From Octopus sinensis (taxonomy: Eukaryota): a stretch of DNA of 64,000 bases. The DNA lies in contig NC_043014.1 of NCBI RefSeq assembly GCF_006345805.1, positions 35,340,001-35,404,000 on the forward strand, read 5' to 3'. Shown piece by piece: positions 26,391 through 39,507 of the stretch; position 1 is the first letter of the stretch, and the number at the start of each line of letters is the position of its first letter. The position numbers and the translations under genes were made by a program. Below the pieces are notes generated by a model. The model saw only the letters and a program-made list of their open reading frames with translations. It made no database searches and was not told the origin of the DNA.

Positions 26391-27229
26391 ATAGTATTTG
26401 GAATCTATCTCTCGGGTTGTATTGAAGCTCTCCCTTCTTGTACACTATATGTGCTGGTACGGACACTTAAATATAATCCATATGAAACTATTTGCATCTA
26501 TTTGGAACTATTTTTAATTTTTGATAATGACCTGCGGTGAGGGTGTTCTCCCACCCCCGCAACGATTGCAAGATGACCAAATGGAGGAAAAAAACATGGT
26601 GGTTTAGGACATAGCACTACCTACAATCTCTCTACTACCTCTCCACCAGCTTACAAATGAGTTTCTGGTCCCTTGTCAAAAGGTTTCCAACTAACATCGC
26701 AAAATTCAACTATTCACAAAGGGACTTAACTGAAGACTACAAGGCATGTTACCCACTGCTCTACCGATTCTGTTAATCTCCAGTATTGATATCTCTTTCT
26801 AAGGTAGCGAGCTATCAAAATCGTTAGCATGCCGGACAAAATACTTAGCGGCGTTTCGTCCGTCTTTAGTTTCTAAGTTCAAATTCTGTCGACGTCGACT
26901 TTGTCTTTCATAATTTCTAGGTCGATAAAATGAGTACCATTTGACCACTGGAGTCAATGTAATCGACAAGTTCCTTGCATGAAATTGCAGTCCTTACGCC
27001 AAAATTTGAAATCAGTATCAATAGTTGTTTCTGATTGAGGCACAAGGTCAGCAGTTTTGAAGGGACGGTGTTAGTACCTGACTGGTACTTCATTGTATCG
27101 ACCTTGGAGGGATGAAAGACAAAGATGACTTTAGTGAGATTTAAACTCAGAATGTAAATAGTAGGAACAAATGCTTCTATGTCTTTTGTTCGAAGCTATA
27201 GTAATTCTTCCAACTCACTGTCTTCTCAA

Positions 27230-27318
<89 letters not shown>

Positions 27319-27319
27319 T

Positions 27320-27849
27320 CCTGATGCAGTACCAGGCAGTGGCTCTCGTGGCTTCTGATCTTAACTGATTGGAAGTGTTATCGTGTACATTATTTTGCCT
27401 TGGTACAAAAGATGGCCCACAGCAAATATTCTGCTCAAAACCACAGATTTGCTTGTCAGTTGTTTGACCTTAACCGGCTGACAATATGTGCATCTCTGAT
27501 CACGAGCAGAAGTAGTGAGGGAGCATCATAGCCATGTGTTGAGAGGGTTTCTTTGGGGTTTGAATAATTTACCTCTGGAAACATGGGTGTTTCATTCAAC
27601 ATCCTTAAACAACCCTTTTTCAGGGATCTTTTGAGCGGGATGGGTCACTCGACCAGAAGAAAATTCTAACTGGGCCCCACCTGCAAGGTCATGTGCTATT
27701 TATATTGATATGAGATCACCATGTCGCACACATATGGTTGTGATGCATGTGCCTGGTGTACTCTTATCAGACGAGTAGTCATGATGGGTATACTGGACTT
27801 CGTATATTTTACCTCAGTGTCACTTTGATGGAAATGCACTGCTCTCTCA

Positions 27850-27855
<6 letters not shown>
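27320..27855 (+). mobile_element. ~530-bp interspersed repeat ending in (AAT)n, probably retroposon-derived (second copy 36170-36640, partial 8215-8400)
   Basis: Colinear similarity between copies (cagcaaatattctgctca...catagccatgtgttg...cctgcaaggtcatg...cagtgtcacttt). Confidence 0.75.
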
Positions 27856-27917
<62 letters not shown>

Positions 27918-28150
27918 TGATGATGATGATTTTGAGTATGGGGTGGAAAGCGATGCCATCGACTAGGCATTAGACAGTTACTTTTTTTTATCGACGTCGA
28001 AGGAGAAGCAGGCAAAGCTTTCTCCTATGTGATTTGGACTCAGCGTGTAAAGAGCTGAAAGAAATATCATGCGGTGTGTGTTCCAGGTATTTACATTCTG
28101 ACGCTCTGAAGTTTCCGAAGTTTCTGATGCTTCTCTCAGATCGCCACCTT

Positions 28151-28184
<34 letters not shown>

Positions 28185-28259
28185 GAAAAAAAGCAAACAA
28201 AGCAACAACAACAACAACAACAACTAACAAGAAAAATAGGAAAAAAAAATTCTTCACAA

Positions 28260-30830
28260 TTAACACGTGCACGTTCGACCACCGCTTCCACTACTACCAT
28301 CATTAACACCAACACAGTCGCTGAAAACGACAAAACCCACAAATCAAGCGTTAGCGGTGTTGCAGCTGCGATGCGTCAAGCTATCAATGAACGATTTAAA
28401 AAATGCAGGAAGCATGTTTAAAAACTGGAACTCTTAACACTCCTGAGACCTTCGTGCCGAACACATTCAGAAAAACAATAATACACAAAATGAGAGGAGT
28501 ACATCGTAAATTAGAACGTACAATACAGTAACAAATTGAAAGTATCTACGTCCTGTGTGGGACACGAAAACTTACGTCGCAAGAAAGGGGCGATATGGCA
28601 CTGTAAAGATGAGATTCTCCATATACCTGATTCTTATATACCTGAGCCGTCGAGTAACGAAAGTTTAATTGGAGACATACCACCAGAAATAGATATCTGC
28701 TGTTGGTAGCAGCTGTCCTCCTGGACATAGGGGACAAAACAAATATCCTGCAAGTGCAGAATCTGCAGGTCTAGGTATGGAACAGTGGATGCAGATAGAT
28801 CACGAAAGTGTAGAAGCAATCCCGGCCATCATAAATTTTTCAGATGGCACCGCTCTCCACATAGTCGTTGAGGGCAGAAAGTTGAGGTGTCAAGTGTTTG
28901 GGGACACAAACCGTCAGAAGCCTTTTGCTCACAGCAAAAAAGAGAAGGGTGATCTCCACTTTTCCGCCACTACCACGATCACAACAATAGCAACAGCCCC
29001 AGCAGAAGCAGGTAACCACTACAACTGCAAAAACAACAGTAACAGTAGCAGCAACAACAATTACAGCACCTACAGCAGTAATAGAAAACAATATCAAGAA
29101 CAACAACAGTGGAAGCAACAGCAGCAAACAGAACAGAGAACTCATCAACACCTATAGGTTCTACATTCCAGGCAGGAGATAAAACAACAGAATCAGAATC
29201 CACAAAAATAACAACTTTATCAGCAAAAGTCTCCCGAAGACATGCCCCGCGCGTGTTCGGACCACTCGGACATGTCCTGTGGTGAGGGTGACGACAAAGA
29301 GCTTAAATGGTAAACATTTAAGTCTAACAAGTCTAAAAAAAGAAAAAGAAACAAAATCACACTAACACCAACACAAAAAATCTGGTAAGTATGATAAAAG
29401 GATTGAGAGCACCTTTGAGAAACGGTACACAGATACCATCCCAACTGCAGCCACACCAGTACCGTAAGCAACACCATCCCTATCATTTCCATTACCACCG
29501 CTACTGGCACAGACACCATCATTTCATGTACAACCAAATTTACACATATAATTCTTAGAGCGCATATCCCAGCACAGCAAAGTTTAAACATTACACAACA
29601 ATTAAAACAGACAATAAAGAACTGATGGCCATACGGACATCACACACACCGATTTTATTACACCAAAAAATCATACCTACACACATAAACAACACATCAA
29701 ACAACACATACAACGCCATAAAAACTAAATATGCTGAAGGAGTAGGGCTTTCATGAGAAATATCAACAAAAGACTGTCTAAAGAACTGTTCTGGGAAACA
29801 TCCATATATACCCATGGGGACGGAAGATCCGTTCCCACCTCTCCAGCAAAATCCCTGTAAATACACTTTTCTGCTTCTATTCGTTAATCTAAAATGGGCT
29901 TGCTCAGAATAAGCAGTATAAATGCACGTGGTTTGGGGCCGTCTTGAGAATAAGGCCATCTGCTCAACGGCCCCAAGTCCCTAAGTGAAACAAGACTCCC
30001 CGGCTGGCGAGCTTTCATGCCCATTTTCGGTGGATACGAGATTTATTCATCCTCATGTCAACAGGAAATGGGGGTGGGGCTGCGGTGTTATTCCGGAGAG
30101 GTCTGGATCTCAAGATAAGGACTATATTCCAGGACCCAGAAGGTAAATTTGTGGTCCTGGATGTAAACAATAGTGACGAGTTGCCTTCAGACTAATCGCT
30201 GTTTATGCTTCGAAAGGCGCAGTACAACCAAATATCTTCAGATGTCTGGATGGTTTCCTGGGGACGTTTCGACCTTTTAGTGTTAGTGGGCGATTGGAAT
30301 GCTGTCTTAGAGCCATGTCTGGGCTGTGAGGGTCTAGCGGATAAAAAAGTGGGGGGATGGGAGGGTGTAAAAGCCTCGCAAACCTGCTCAGACATTTCCA
30401 ACTGACTATTGCCGGCTGGATTTCTTGGATGTGCCAATGTAGAATTGAGCGAATCGCATCGGATCATCCAGGTCGCTTGTAGCAGAGTATTCTGTAGGCC
30501 GGTAGATAAGGATTGTATAAGTTGTCCACTTTTCAAAATCGTCGGCTACACAGACCACAAATTTGTTTTCTGTATGGTCGACCTAGATAGACTTAGAAGG
30601 AACAGCCCCAGTTACTGGACGCTGACTGCGTTGCTCTCGGCGTGCCAAGCTTACGAATACCAGATTAGAGATTTAGTTGACGTGGGAAATCGTCAACAGC
30701 AAATGGTGGTTTGCCCTGAGAAAGGCAATTAGAGTAGAATCAATTAGGCTTAGTAAGCATTACTGATAAAAAGAAATAGAATAGAAAGGAACTTAGTTAG
30801 AAACTTAGAAGAGGCGCTTAGGAAAGACAG
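28260..30830 (+). mobile_element. L1/Tx1-type LINE relic: ORF1 plus AP-endonuclease, truncated before RT
   Basis: ORF1-like IPAIINFSDGTALHIVVEGRK.RC. Endonuclease motifs FQDPEGKFVVLDV, VGDWNAVL, DHKFV and SYW. Many stops and frameshifts. Confidence 0.75.
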
Positions 30831-31305
30831 AAATCAACCTTGGCAGTATTCAGATATAGAATGCAGTGTCGTAACTAAAAATTGCAACGCATTTTTAACA
30901 GTTTTGCCAAACTATCATCTATAAATAATAATATCTTCTTACATACACGTAATGTCAAAAATTTTGTACGTTACTACCTTGGCTTGTGCATCCTGTTTCT
31001 GTGCTTGGTTTAGGACTATTAGCTTAGATTTGTTTTATATTAGGTGTACAACTGAAAGAAATCCACATGATACGATCTAATTCAGTAGATTCACATACAC
31101 GAGACTGTCCGAGAGTAGAAAATAAACATCGATTATGTCGACTTAGCTTTTGACCGGTATTTATTTTTAACGACCACAGAAGGATAAAACGTAAAGTCAG
31201 CCTCTATGGGAATTGAAATCAGACGATAGACGGCTGTAATAAATACTGAAATGAATTTACAGGCCAGGCTACCAATTCTATCAGTACAATAATACCTGGA
31301 TCCTT

Positions 31306-31380
<75 letters not shown>

Positions 31381-31584
31381 TCAACGTGTGATCTCTTGAG
31401 CACCATCAGCAAAAATATTTTTTTCCTCTGTCTTCCCTTCTCGGGATCTTTCCATCTCCTTGTTTCCGACGAAGAGCTCCGTTAAACCCTCCTTCCCTTC
31501 TTTCCTGAGCGTCAAATAATACTTTAATTGTTCCACGTCCTCGCGTTGCTGTGTTTTTTTCTGTGTTTTCTTGTTTGGATTAAC

Positions 31585-31650
<66 letters not shown>

Positions 31651-32110
31651 CCGATGAAGAATGTTTCAAACCTATTTTGCAAGGACAAGGATGTTTTTAC
31701 ATCGACAGAAAGATATTTATATACATGTGATAAAAAGAAATAGAAATAAAATGAGAAAAATTTAAACTGTATATAGATGAGTATCATCTAAGCAAACTAG
31801 GACTCTAAAGCAAATAAAAAATTACCTTATCCGAAACTATCTAAAATCTGGAAATAGAGATAACCAGAATGAGGGAACTGGAATCAGTAACAAACCCTAA
31901 TATCATAAGTATTTTGCGAATGATTAAAGAAACAAAAATGCTACAAAGATTAGTAAATTATTAAACGCCCAGAATTACCATATACTCACAAAGTACGGAA
32001 TATTGTACACTTAAGTATTGCAAAAATATTGCAGAATGTAATTTAAAAAGAACAGCAAATTCAAATCCATTGCAAAACACTACATATAAAAAGCGACAGC
32101 ACAGGGAAAA

Positions 32111-32816
32111 TCTTTATATATAAAATTGAAGTTGTGTGTGTGAGACTCTGTCTCCTCCGTTTTAGATTCCTAACTCTCTCTTTACTTGTTTCAGTCATTT
32201 GACTGCGGCCATGCTGGGGCACCGCCTTTAGTCGAGCAACTCGATCCCGGACTTATTCTTTTGTAAGCCCAGTACTTATTCTATCGGTCTCTTTTGCCGA
32301 ACCGCTAAGTTACAGGGACGTAAACACACCAGCATCGGTTGTCCAGCAATGCTAGGGGGACAAACACAGACACACAAACACACACACACATATAAATATA
32401 TATACATATATACGACGGGCTTCTTTCAGTTTCCGTCTACCAAATCCACTCACAAGACTTTGGTCGGCCCGAAGCTATAGAACAAGACCCTTGCCCAAGG
32501 TGCCACGCAGTGGGACTGAACCCGGAACCATGTGGCTGGTAAACAAGCTACGTACCACACAGCCACTTCTGCGCCTACTCCCACATTTTGCGGTGCAGTT
32601 TAACCAAAAGCGGGTATCTTATAGTCGTCATTCATATCGAGCCCTTCTGGGTATTAGCGCGCGTCTATGATGAGTCTACGATTTAAAAAAATTTACCATC
32701 ATTTTTTCGCATTTTTAATGACTTTTGCTCGGGTTATATAAAGGAAGTAACTCTCTAAAAATGCTTATATAGTTATTTCCCTTATAAACCCGAGCAATGC
32801 CGGGCGATACTGCTAG
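32111..32816 (+). mobile_element. Non-autonomous Helitron with a nested SINE
   Basis: 5' TC (a|TCtttatatataaaattgaagttgt), subterminal cccgagcaatgccggg hairpin, 3' CTAG|t. Inserted between A and T. Confidence 0.8.
32175..32577 (-). mobile_element. SINE family B nested in a Helitron
   Basis: Full-length copy inside 32111-32816. Confidence 0.9.
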
Positions 32817-32862
32817 TATGTAATAAAATTGAGATAAACGAAAAAATAAATAATAAAAATAC

Positions 32863-33057
32863 CTTGGACATCGATGACTTGCATAGCATCACTTGATAAT
32901 CTATCAGCTCCTGTGATTCTACACATAAGTTCGAGTCCCTTGTCCTCCTGGGTTGGTGAGTAAGTAACCAATTTAGTTACCATAGTCGTGCAATCATCCA
33001 GTTGAACCGATTTTTCGTCTTTAACTGCTGCCATTATTTTTGTGATTTGGGTGTTCA
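32863..33057 (-). CDS. Gene M, C-terminal half of Ig domain 2 (MNTQITK...LDDCTT...EDKGLELMCRIT...IDVQ)
   Basis: Acceptor gatttcAG, donor GTattt. 195 nt, phase 1-1. 138+195=333. Contains the F-strand Cys after D-x-G (EDKGLELMC). Confidence 0.85.
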
Positions 33058-33108
33058 CTGAAATCATCGGTATATCAAGTAAACAGAAAATTAGAATACT
33101 TTTTTAAA

Positions 33109-33179
<71 letters not shown>

Positions 33180-34655
33180 ACACAAGCCACACACACACAC
33201 ACCGAAACCACATACACACAAACCACACACACACACACACACCACACACACAGACACACACACACACACGAATTAATATCTGCCCACATACACATACACA
33301 AACTGTGGTCGGCAAAGCAAAGTTACCAGGCAATTTCAAACGAAATCATGTACTCCTAAGCTGAGAGCATCACTAAATAACCATGTGACACATGAAAGTA
33401 GAAAAGTATGGTCAGGGTTGTTTTGCTCGCAAAATGCAAAAATTTATATCACAAAATTTATAGTAAAAAACAAACAGCCGGGTTTCGACCAAACCCGGAT
33501 CGTAACACCAAGAGAAAGGAATTTTAAAATATATAAACTAACTTACGAAAGCACTCAGAGTTAAATCCCTTGGTAAAGCTCGGACAGTCTCATGTATGTG
33601 AATCTACTGAATTAGATCGTATCATGTGGATTTCTTTCAGTTGTACACCTAATATAAAACAAATCTAAGCTAATAGTCCTAAACCAAGCACAGAAACAGG
33701 ATGCACAAGCCAAGGTAGTAACGCAAGACCCCTTAACGGCCATTATAACGCAGAAGTCGTCATTCATGAAACAGAGTTAGTGTCTACAGAACCCGAAGTG
33801 ATGCTGTAAGTGCAGTGATATGTCAAGGCAGCGGAAGGCCACTTCAAATCCCAACTAAGCAACTCTTTTAAGACCCAAGCAAGACGAAACAGTACACCGA
33901 TAGACAGACGTGCTTGTTGGAGGAAAAGGCTGTGCCAGCAGTGTTTTAATAGCAGCAGAAGGTGCAGTCTGTTGTGTGGAGAATCGAATGACTCTGAAGA
34001 ATTTCTTCCTCAAGTAGTTTATATTTGAACTTCAAAACGAGAGTTTTATGTTCTGCCCCCATCAGCATAAATACATTTTAACGAACTGGTCGTGTACCAC
34101 AGAGTAGTTAGGAATAGCATTGATCTCTTATGAATTTTATTCTCTTAATGCATTTCTATGCTTTTCCATTACTTTTTTTTTGCATTCTTCTAACTAGTGC
34201 AATAATAATCTGCCATTTTCTCCATCTTCTTTCATCTTCTTTCTTCTTCCTCACCTTCTCTGTCTCTTCGTTACCTTTCCCTTCTGAGACTTAATCTCAT
34301 ATATGCACGTATCATCTGAATTCGCAATATACTTTGAATTTACACGGCCCTTTTACGTGAGATTTTCTGAGATTATTAAAAGATATAACACTTGATGCTT
34401 TTGCGTTTCGTTTAATAATTTCATATATTTTCATCGGTGTTTCTTTCATTTTCAGTTGAAGCCATGTAACTTGTTTTTATCATTAATCTTTGCTGCCACT
34501 GATGTTAATTAAAAATTAAAGATCCCTAGTAGTACTTTGCCAGTCAATCATATCTGATGATTGTTTAATCATGCTTAGATATACATGACTTCACTTAAAA
34601 TTGCCCGTTGAATTTGTTTGGTCGAACAGGCTCTAGTACCCACCTCTCATTCGCG

Positions 34656-34707
<52 letters not shown>

Positions 34708-35595
34708 TTATATATATATACCTACATACATACACATAGATATACGTACCTCTATATACATACATAATATATACATACACACACACATATATATATATAA
34801 TATATATATATATACATATATATATGTATATATATATATATATATATACATACATATATATACACATATATTTACATAGAGAACAAAAATACAGAGTAAT
34901 ATGCAGCGAGTACATAATTTCCTAATTCGACAACTATTTGAGGAACCTCAAACTTCAATAGTTATGATTTGCAGATGGAATATACAAAAGGTCTTAGGTA
35001 TGCAACCAGTAAATAGTCACACAGAAATATCACATTATGTGCGGCTTCTCTCTTAAAGAGAAGGTTGGCATATATATAAATATATATGTATGTATTCATA
35101 CATATACATACGTATTCATAAATACGTACATATATATATATATATATACATATATATATGTATATATATATATACACACTAATGTTTGTTATGACAAAAA
35201 CAATTTAACATAAAATCGAAGGATTACTCAAAGCACATTAAAGTACAAAATTGTATATTCGTTAAGAAAAATAATTATTAACCGTAACTTTTGCCCAGCT
35301 GAGCCATCATCGGACGGTATATGTATGTATATATATATATATATATAGGTAAAAACGGTAAGATAACAACAAAAAAAAAAGAGACCTCAATATTATGTAA
35401 ATAGAAGAATTTATCTGTTCGATGGCCGGATAACTGAAGAGATGGTGGTGTGGATTTCCACCTCGGCATCCGAAACTCCAATTCGGCCAGCCCCAAGAAA
35501 AAAAACAACAACCCAAGAGCACTAGATTCCTTGGAAGAAATCAGCGAATGTACACGAAAACAAGGACATGAATAAATCGCCATGTTTATACTTAC

Positions 35596-35733
35596 TTTCA
35601 GTTCTTTTATAAAAGATAATTGTGTAGTTATGAATCTCTGTAATTTTGCCAGTGCAGTTTAATTCCAACTCTCCTCCGACCTCAGGCTTTCCTTTGTACA
35701 TAAGTGTTACGTCTTGGGGCCTTTGGCCAGGCA
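35596..35733 (-). CDS. Gene M, N-terminal half of Ig domain 2 (VPGQRPQDVTL...ELELNCTG...FYKRTE)
   Basis: Acceptor ctctaatatAG, donor GTaagt at 35595. 138 nt, phase 1-1. Confidence 0.82.
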
Positions 35734-36704
35734 CTATATTAGAGTAAGAAACATCAGAAGAAGCGTAAAGTAATTTAAGTTTTAATAAGAGCACAATGCT
35801 GCATTATTATTATTATCATTCACAAAATTACAATAGTATCATAATAAATCCTAAGCAGTATTTCCTCACCCGCCACCCGGCTTTTGGTGTTCTATTTACA
35901 AATCCTGTCGACTTTAACTTTACCATCTCTCCTTTCTGGAAAAACGATTATCATAGCAAACAAAAGTATTAATAATTTTGCATAAAAATTGGCGGTATTT
36001 CTTCCGGCTTTAGGTTCTGAGTTCAAATCCTGCTGGCGTCTACTTTGCATTTCATCTTCCCGGGGACGATTAAATAAGTACCAGATGAGTACTGTGGTTG
36101 ATGTAATAGATCAGTCTGCTCTTACAGAATTTCAGGCCTTATGCCTTATAGCACAGAAGATCGTTATTTTATTGTCTTGGTATAAAAGACAGGCCACAGT
36201 AAATATTCTGCTCAGTACCACAAATTTGCTTGTCAGTTGTATGACCATGACGAGTTGAGCATGTCCCTTAGTTGCTGACGATATATGCATCTCTGATCAC
36301 GAGCTGTAGTGGGGGATGGGCATTATAGCCATGTGTTGTGAGGAATTCTTTGGGGTTTGAATAATTCACCTCTGGAAACATGGGTGTTTCGTTCAACATC
36401 CTTAAACAGCTCTTATTCAGGGAGCTTTTGAGAGGGATGGGCTACTCAACCTGAAGAAAATTCTAATTGTGCCTCACCTGCAAGGTCATGCGCTGTCTAT
36501 CTTGATATGAGATCGCCGTGTCGCGGACATATGGCTGCGATGTATGTGCCTAGTGTACCCTTATCGGACGGGTAGTCATGATGGGTATACTGAGCTTCGT
36601 ATATTTTATCTCAGTGTCACTTTAATGATACGCACTGCTCTTTAATTCACGCAGTAATTATAATGATGATGATGATGATGATGATGATGATATTATTATT
36701 ATTA

Positions 36705-36796
<92 letters not shown>

Positions 36797-36819
36797 TAAT
36801 AATAATAAATTCCTATCAT

Positions 36820-37040
36820 ATAAGCGCATTAGGTATGATAAAAAAAATATTCAGACAAATACATAACGAAAACACTGGGACTTACAAGTTTATATAACAT
36901 ACAAAAAAAATAGCACTACTAGGCACCGCACGCATCCTACGTAAAACACTTTTAATACAGTAAAAGTGAAAACATAAACCACAGCACACATCCAAGGCAC
37001 ACAGAGCAGCGCTCGGTAGTGCAGTGAAAGCACATAAAAG
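36820..37040 (+). mobile_element. Short 3' fragment of the same R4/Dong family
   Basis: Similar to 4760-4990 (aaacacttggact...aaaatagcactactaggca...gtagtgcagtgaaa). Confidence 0.7.
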
Positions 37041-37079
37041 AAATAAGGTTACTGAACAACAACACTAATAATAATAATA

Positions 37080-37127
<48 letters not shown>

Positions 37128-37833
37128 TAATAATAATAATAATAATAGACATTAAGAAGAGCGCGATGCGATTATAATCGATTGTTTATTTAACGGTTTG
37201 AACGAGGTTTCGACAGCTCGTCTGTCTCAAGTTCAAAGTGTAAATTGAAAACAGTTTCAGAAATAGAGAAATTCAAAAATACAAACGAGGAAATCTTGCG
37301 TTCTTATTTTAACAACATCGGTTTTTAATTTTGCAACTGTTAAAAGGAAAAACAAAGACAAAGAGAAATTTTCTTTCTTTTTCTTTTTCCTTTTACCGGT
37401 TACAAAATTGAAAACTGATAACATCACTCTATCAAAATGGGAACGCAGTGTTTCCACGTTTATATTTTTGGATTTCTGTTTTTCTGCAGTTATTTTTCAT
37501 TTTACATTTCGAACTTGAAAAAGACAGATGAGCTGTCGAAATATCACTTAAACCATTAAATAAACAATCTATTACAATCGCACCGCGCTCTTCTTATAGT
37601 CTGTTTAGTTTCGTGAAGAGTTACGTCGATTTTTATAATAATAATAATGATAATAATAATAATAATAAAGGTGTCAAATTTTCCCGCAAGGGCAGCCATT
37701 TTGGGGGACAAGAAGACCCCAGTACTTTACTGGTACTTAGTTTATCGACCCCGAAGAGAAAAGGTAAAGTCGACTTTGGAGGAATCTAACAACAACAACG
37801 ACAATAATAATAATAGCAATAGTAGTAGTAGTA

Positions 37834-37886
<53 letters not shown>

Positions 37887-38691
37887 TATAATCTTCTCTC
37901 CTGAATTTTTTTGTCGTCGAAATACTTTATTATTGTAAAAAAAAAGCGAAGAAAATCCAAAGATAGGTTTCTATACGTTTAGAGTTTACGAACAAATTAT
38001 GTGAACAAAAATGATAGTATAAAATACATACACACATACATACACACATACATACATAATACATACATACATACATACATACATACATACATACATACAT
38101 ACATACATACATACATACACACATACTTGCATACATACATACATACATACTTACATACATACAAACACATACGCACACATGTATATGTATATATGATGAA
38201 AATTTAGGAGGAGGATAATCACCTAGGTCCAGTCAAGAAACTCGAGAAATTCAGAATGACCTAACTACCAAAAGTTAATGCACTATCTCACTAGCATTGT
38301 CTATTTTTTCAGAAGGATTTTCTTAGCTGGTCTTATTGGAGTTAGGAAGGAATTTCAACCGTGTTTCGTGGTCTGCTACCACAACAGCTCCTTTATAGGA
38401 TCCAGTTAGCTCAAGATATCATCAGGAGGAACCACGTCCGGTTTCGGCCCCTACTCCTCTACCGTTTTGACGTGCCCTCCCCTCTTTCGAAGGTATCTTC
38501 AGCTTCTGGTGTTGGCACTATCTCACTAGCATTGCTTATTTTTTCAGAAGGATTTCCTCAGCTGGTCTTATTGGAGTTATGCTTCGTTGCCTGTTGTTTT
38601 TAGATTTTAAACGCCCTTAGCGGGAGTTTTTGCAATGAGTTATGCGGATCATTAAGTTCATCCACATTTTCTTTTAGCATACTACGCTATA

Positions 38692-39000
38692 TGTGGAGGC
38701 GCAATGGCCCAGTGGTTAGGGCAGCGGACTCGCGATCGTAGGATCGCAGTTTCGATTCCCTGACCAGGCATTGTAAGTGTTTATTAAGCGAAAATACCTA
38801 AAGTTCCACGAGGCTTCGGCAGGGGGTGGTGGCGATCCCTGCTGTACTCTTTCGCCACAACTTTCTCTCACTCTTTCTTCTGTTGGACTGCTCGCTTAGC
38901 CAGCTGGGTGGCATCATTTGAAGGCTAAAACAATGCGAAGTGCATTGTGACCAGGCTATCAGATGTGTAGCAACATGTGATAGCCTGGTCGGTCACGGTG
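38692..39000 (+). mobile_element. SINE with family C head and a different tail
   Basis: Same tRNA-like head, diverges after ctctcactctt. Confidence 0.8.
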
Positions 39001-39507
39001 ATCACAACACTATATATATATATGAAACCTAAAAAGCAAAACACTTCATGTCACGTTGCTCCAGTTCACTCAACCGTAAATGGCTAACCCTGAAAAGGAA
39101 TGGGCTTCCGATCAAGATGAATTCTGGCCTGCCCGCTTAGCTCGCGGAGACGCATCGTTCGAGAGCTAAAACGATGAAGAGCATATTGCACCCAGTGTTC
39201 TATAACAACACCTGATAGTCTGGTTGATCACGTGATGACGTCACTTTTCAACTTAAACTGGCGTATACAAATGTAAGCTAAAAAGTAAAGCAAATAAAAA
39301 ATGCGTTACTGCCAACCCTCGTATATATGAGGCTGCATGCTATATAACCTAGGTAGAAAACATCTAAAATTTTATTTCTCTGAATCTTTTTGCCTGAATA
39401 GATAGATACCCATCATTATAGTTAGCTGGCTATGAACTCTAAATAGTGGTATTTACGTACATACGTACATACATACATACATACACACACACGAACACAC
39501 ACACATA

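Larger units (their letters stand above)
30969..33723. repeat. 145-bp inverted repeat pair (30969-31113 / 33579-33723) flanking exon 32863-33057
   Basis: Base-by-base comparison shows 1 mismatch in 145 bp. No target-site duplication evident. Confidence 0.93.

Noticed and set aside
33541-33680. Potential exon overlapping the right inverted-repeat arm (AG...GTAAGT on minus)
   Set aside because: All three frames contain stops. At most a poison exon, with no support from sequence alone.
30969-33723. The 145-bp inverted repeat read as TIRs of a transposon that captured the exon
   Set aside because: No TSD or canonical termini, and the enclosed exon is colinear and in frame with the rest of gene M.
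35278-35595. ORF-track continuation of the Ig2 exon (KYKHGDLF... and overlapping ORFs)
   Set aside because: The GTAAGT donor at 35595 plus the 195-nt exon completes the domain. The continuation is intron.
38692-38770. tRNA-like sequences with A/B boxes
   Set aside because: These are SINE heads continuing into family bodies, not tRNA genes.
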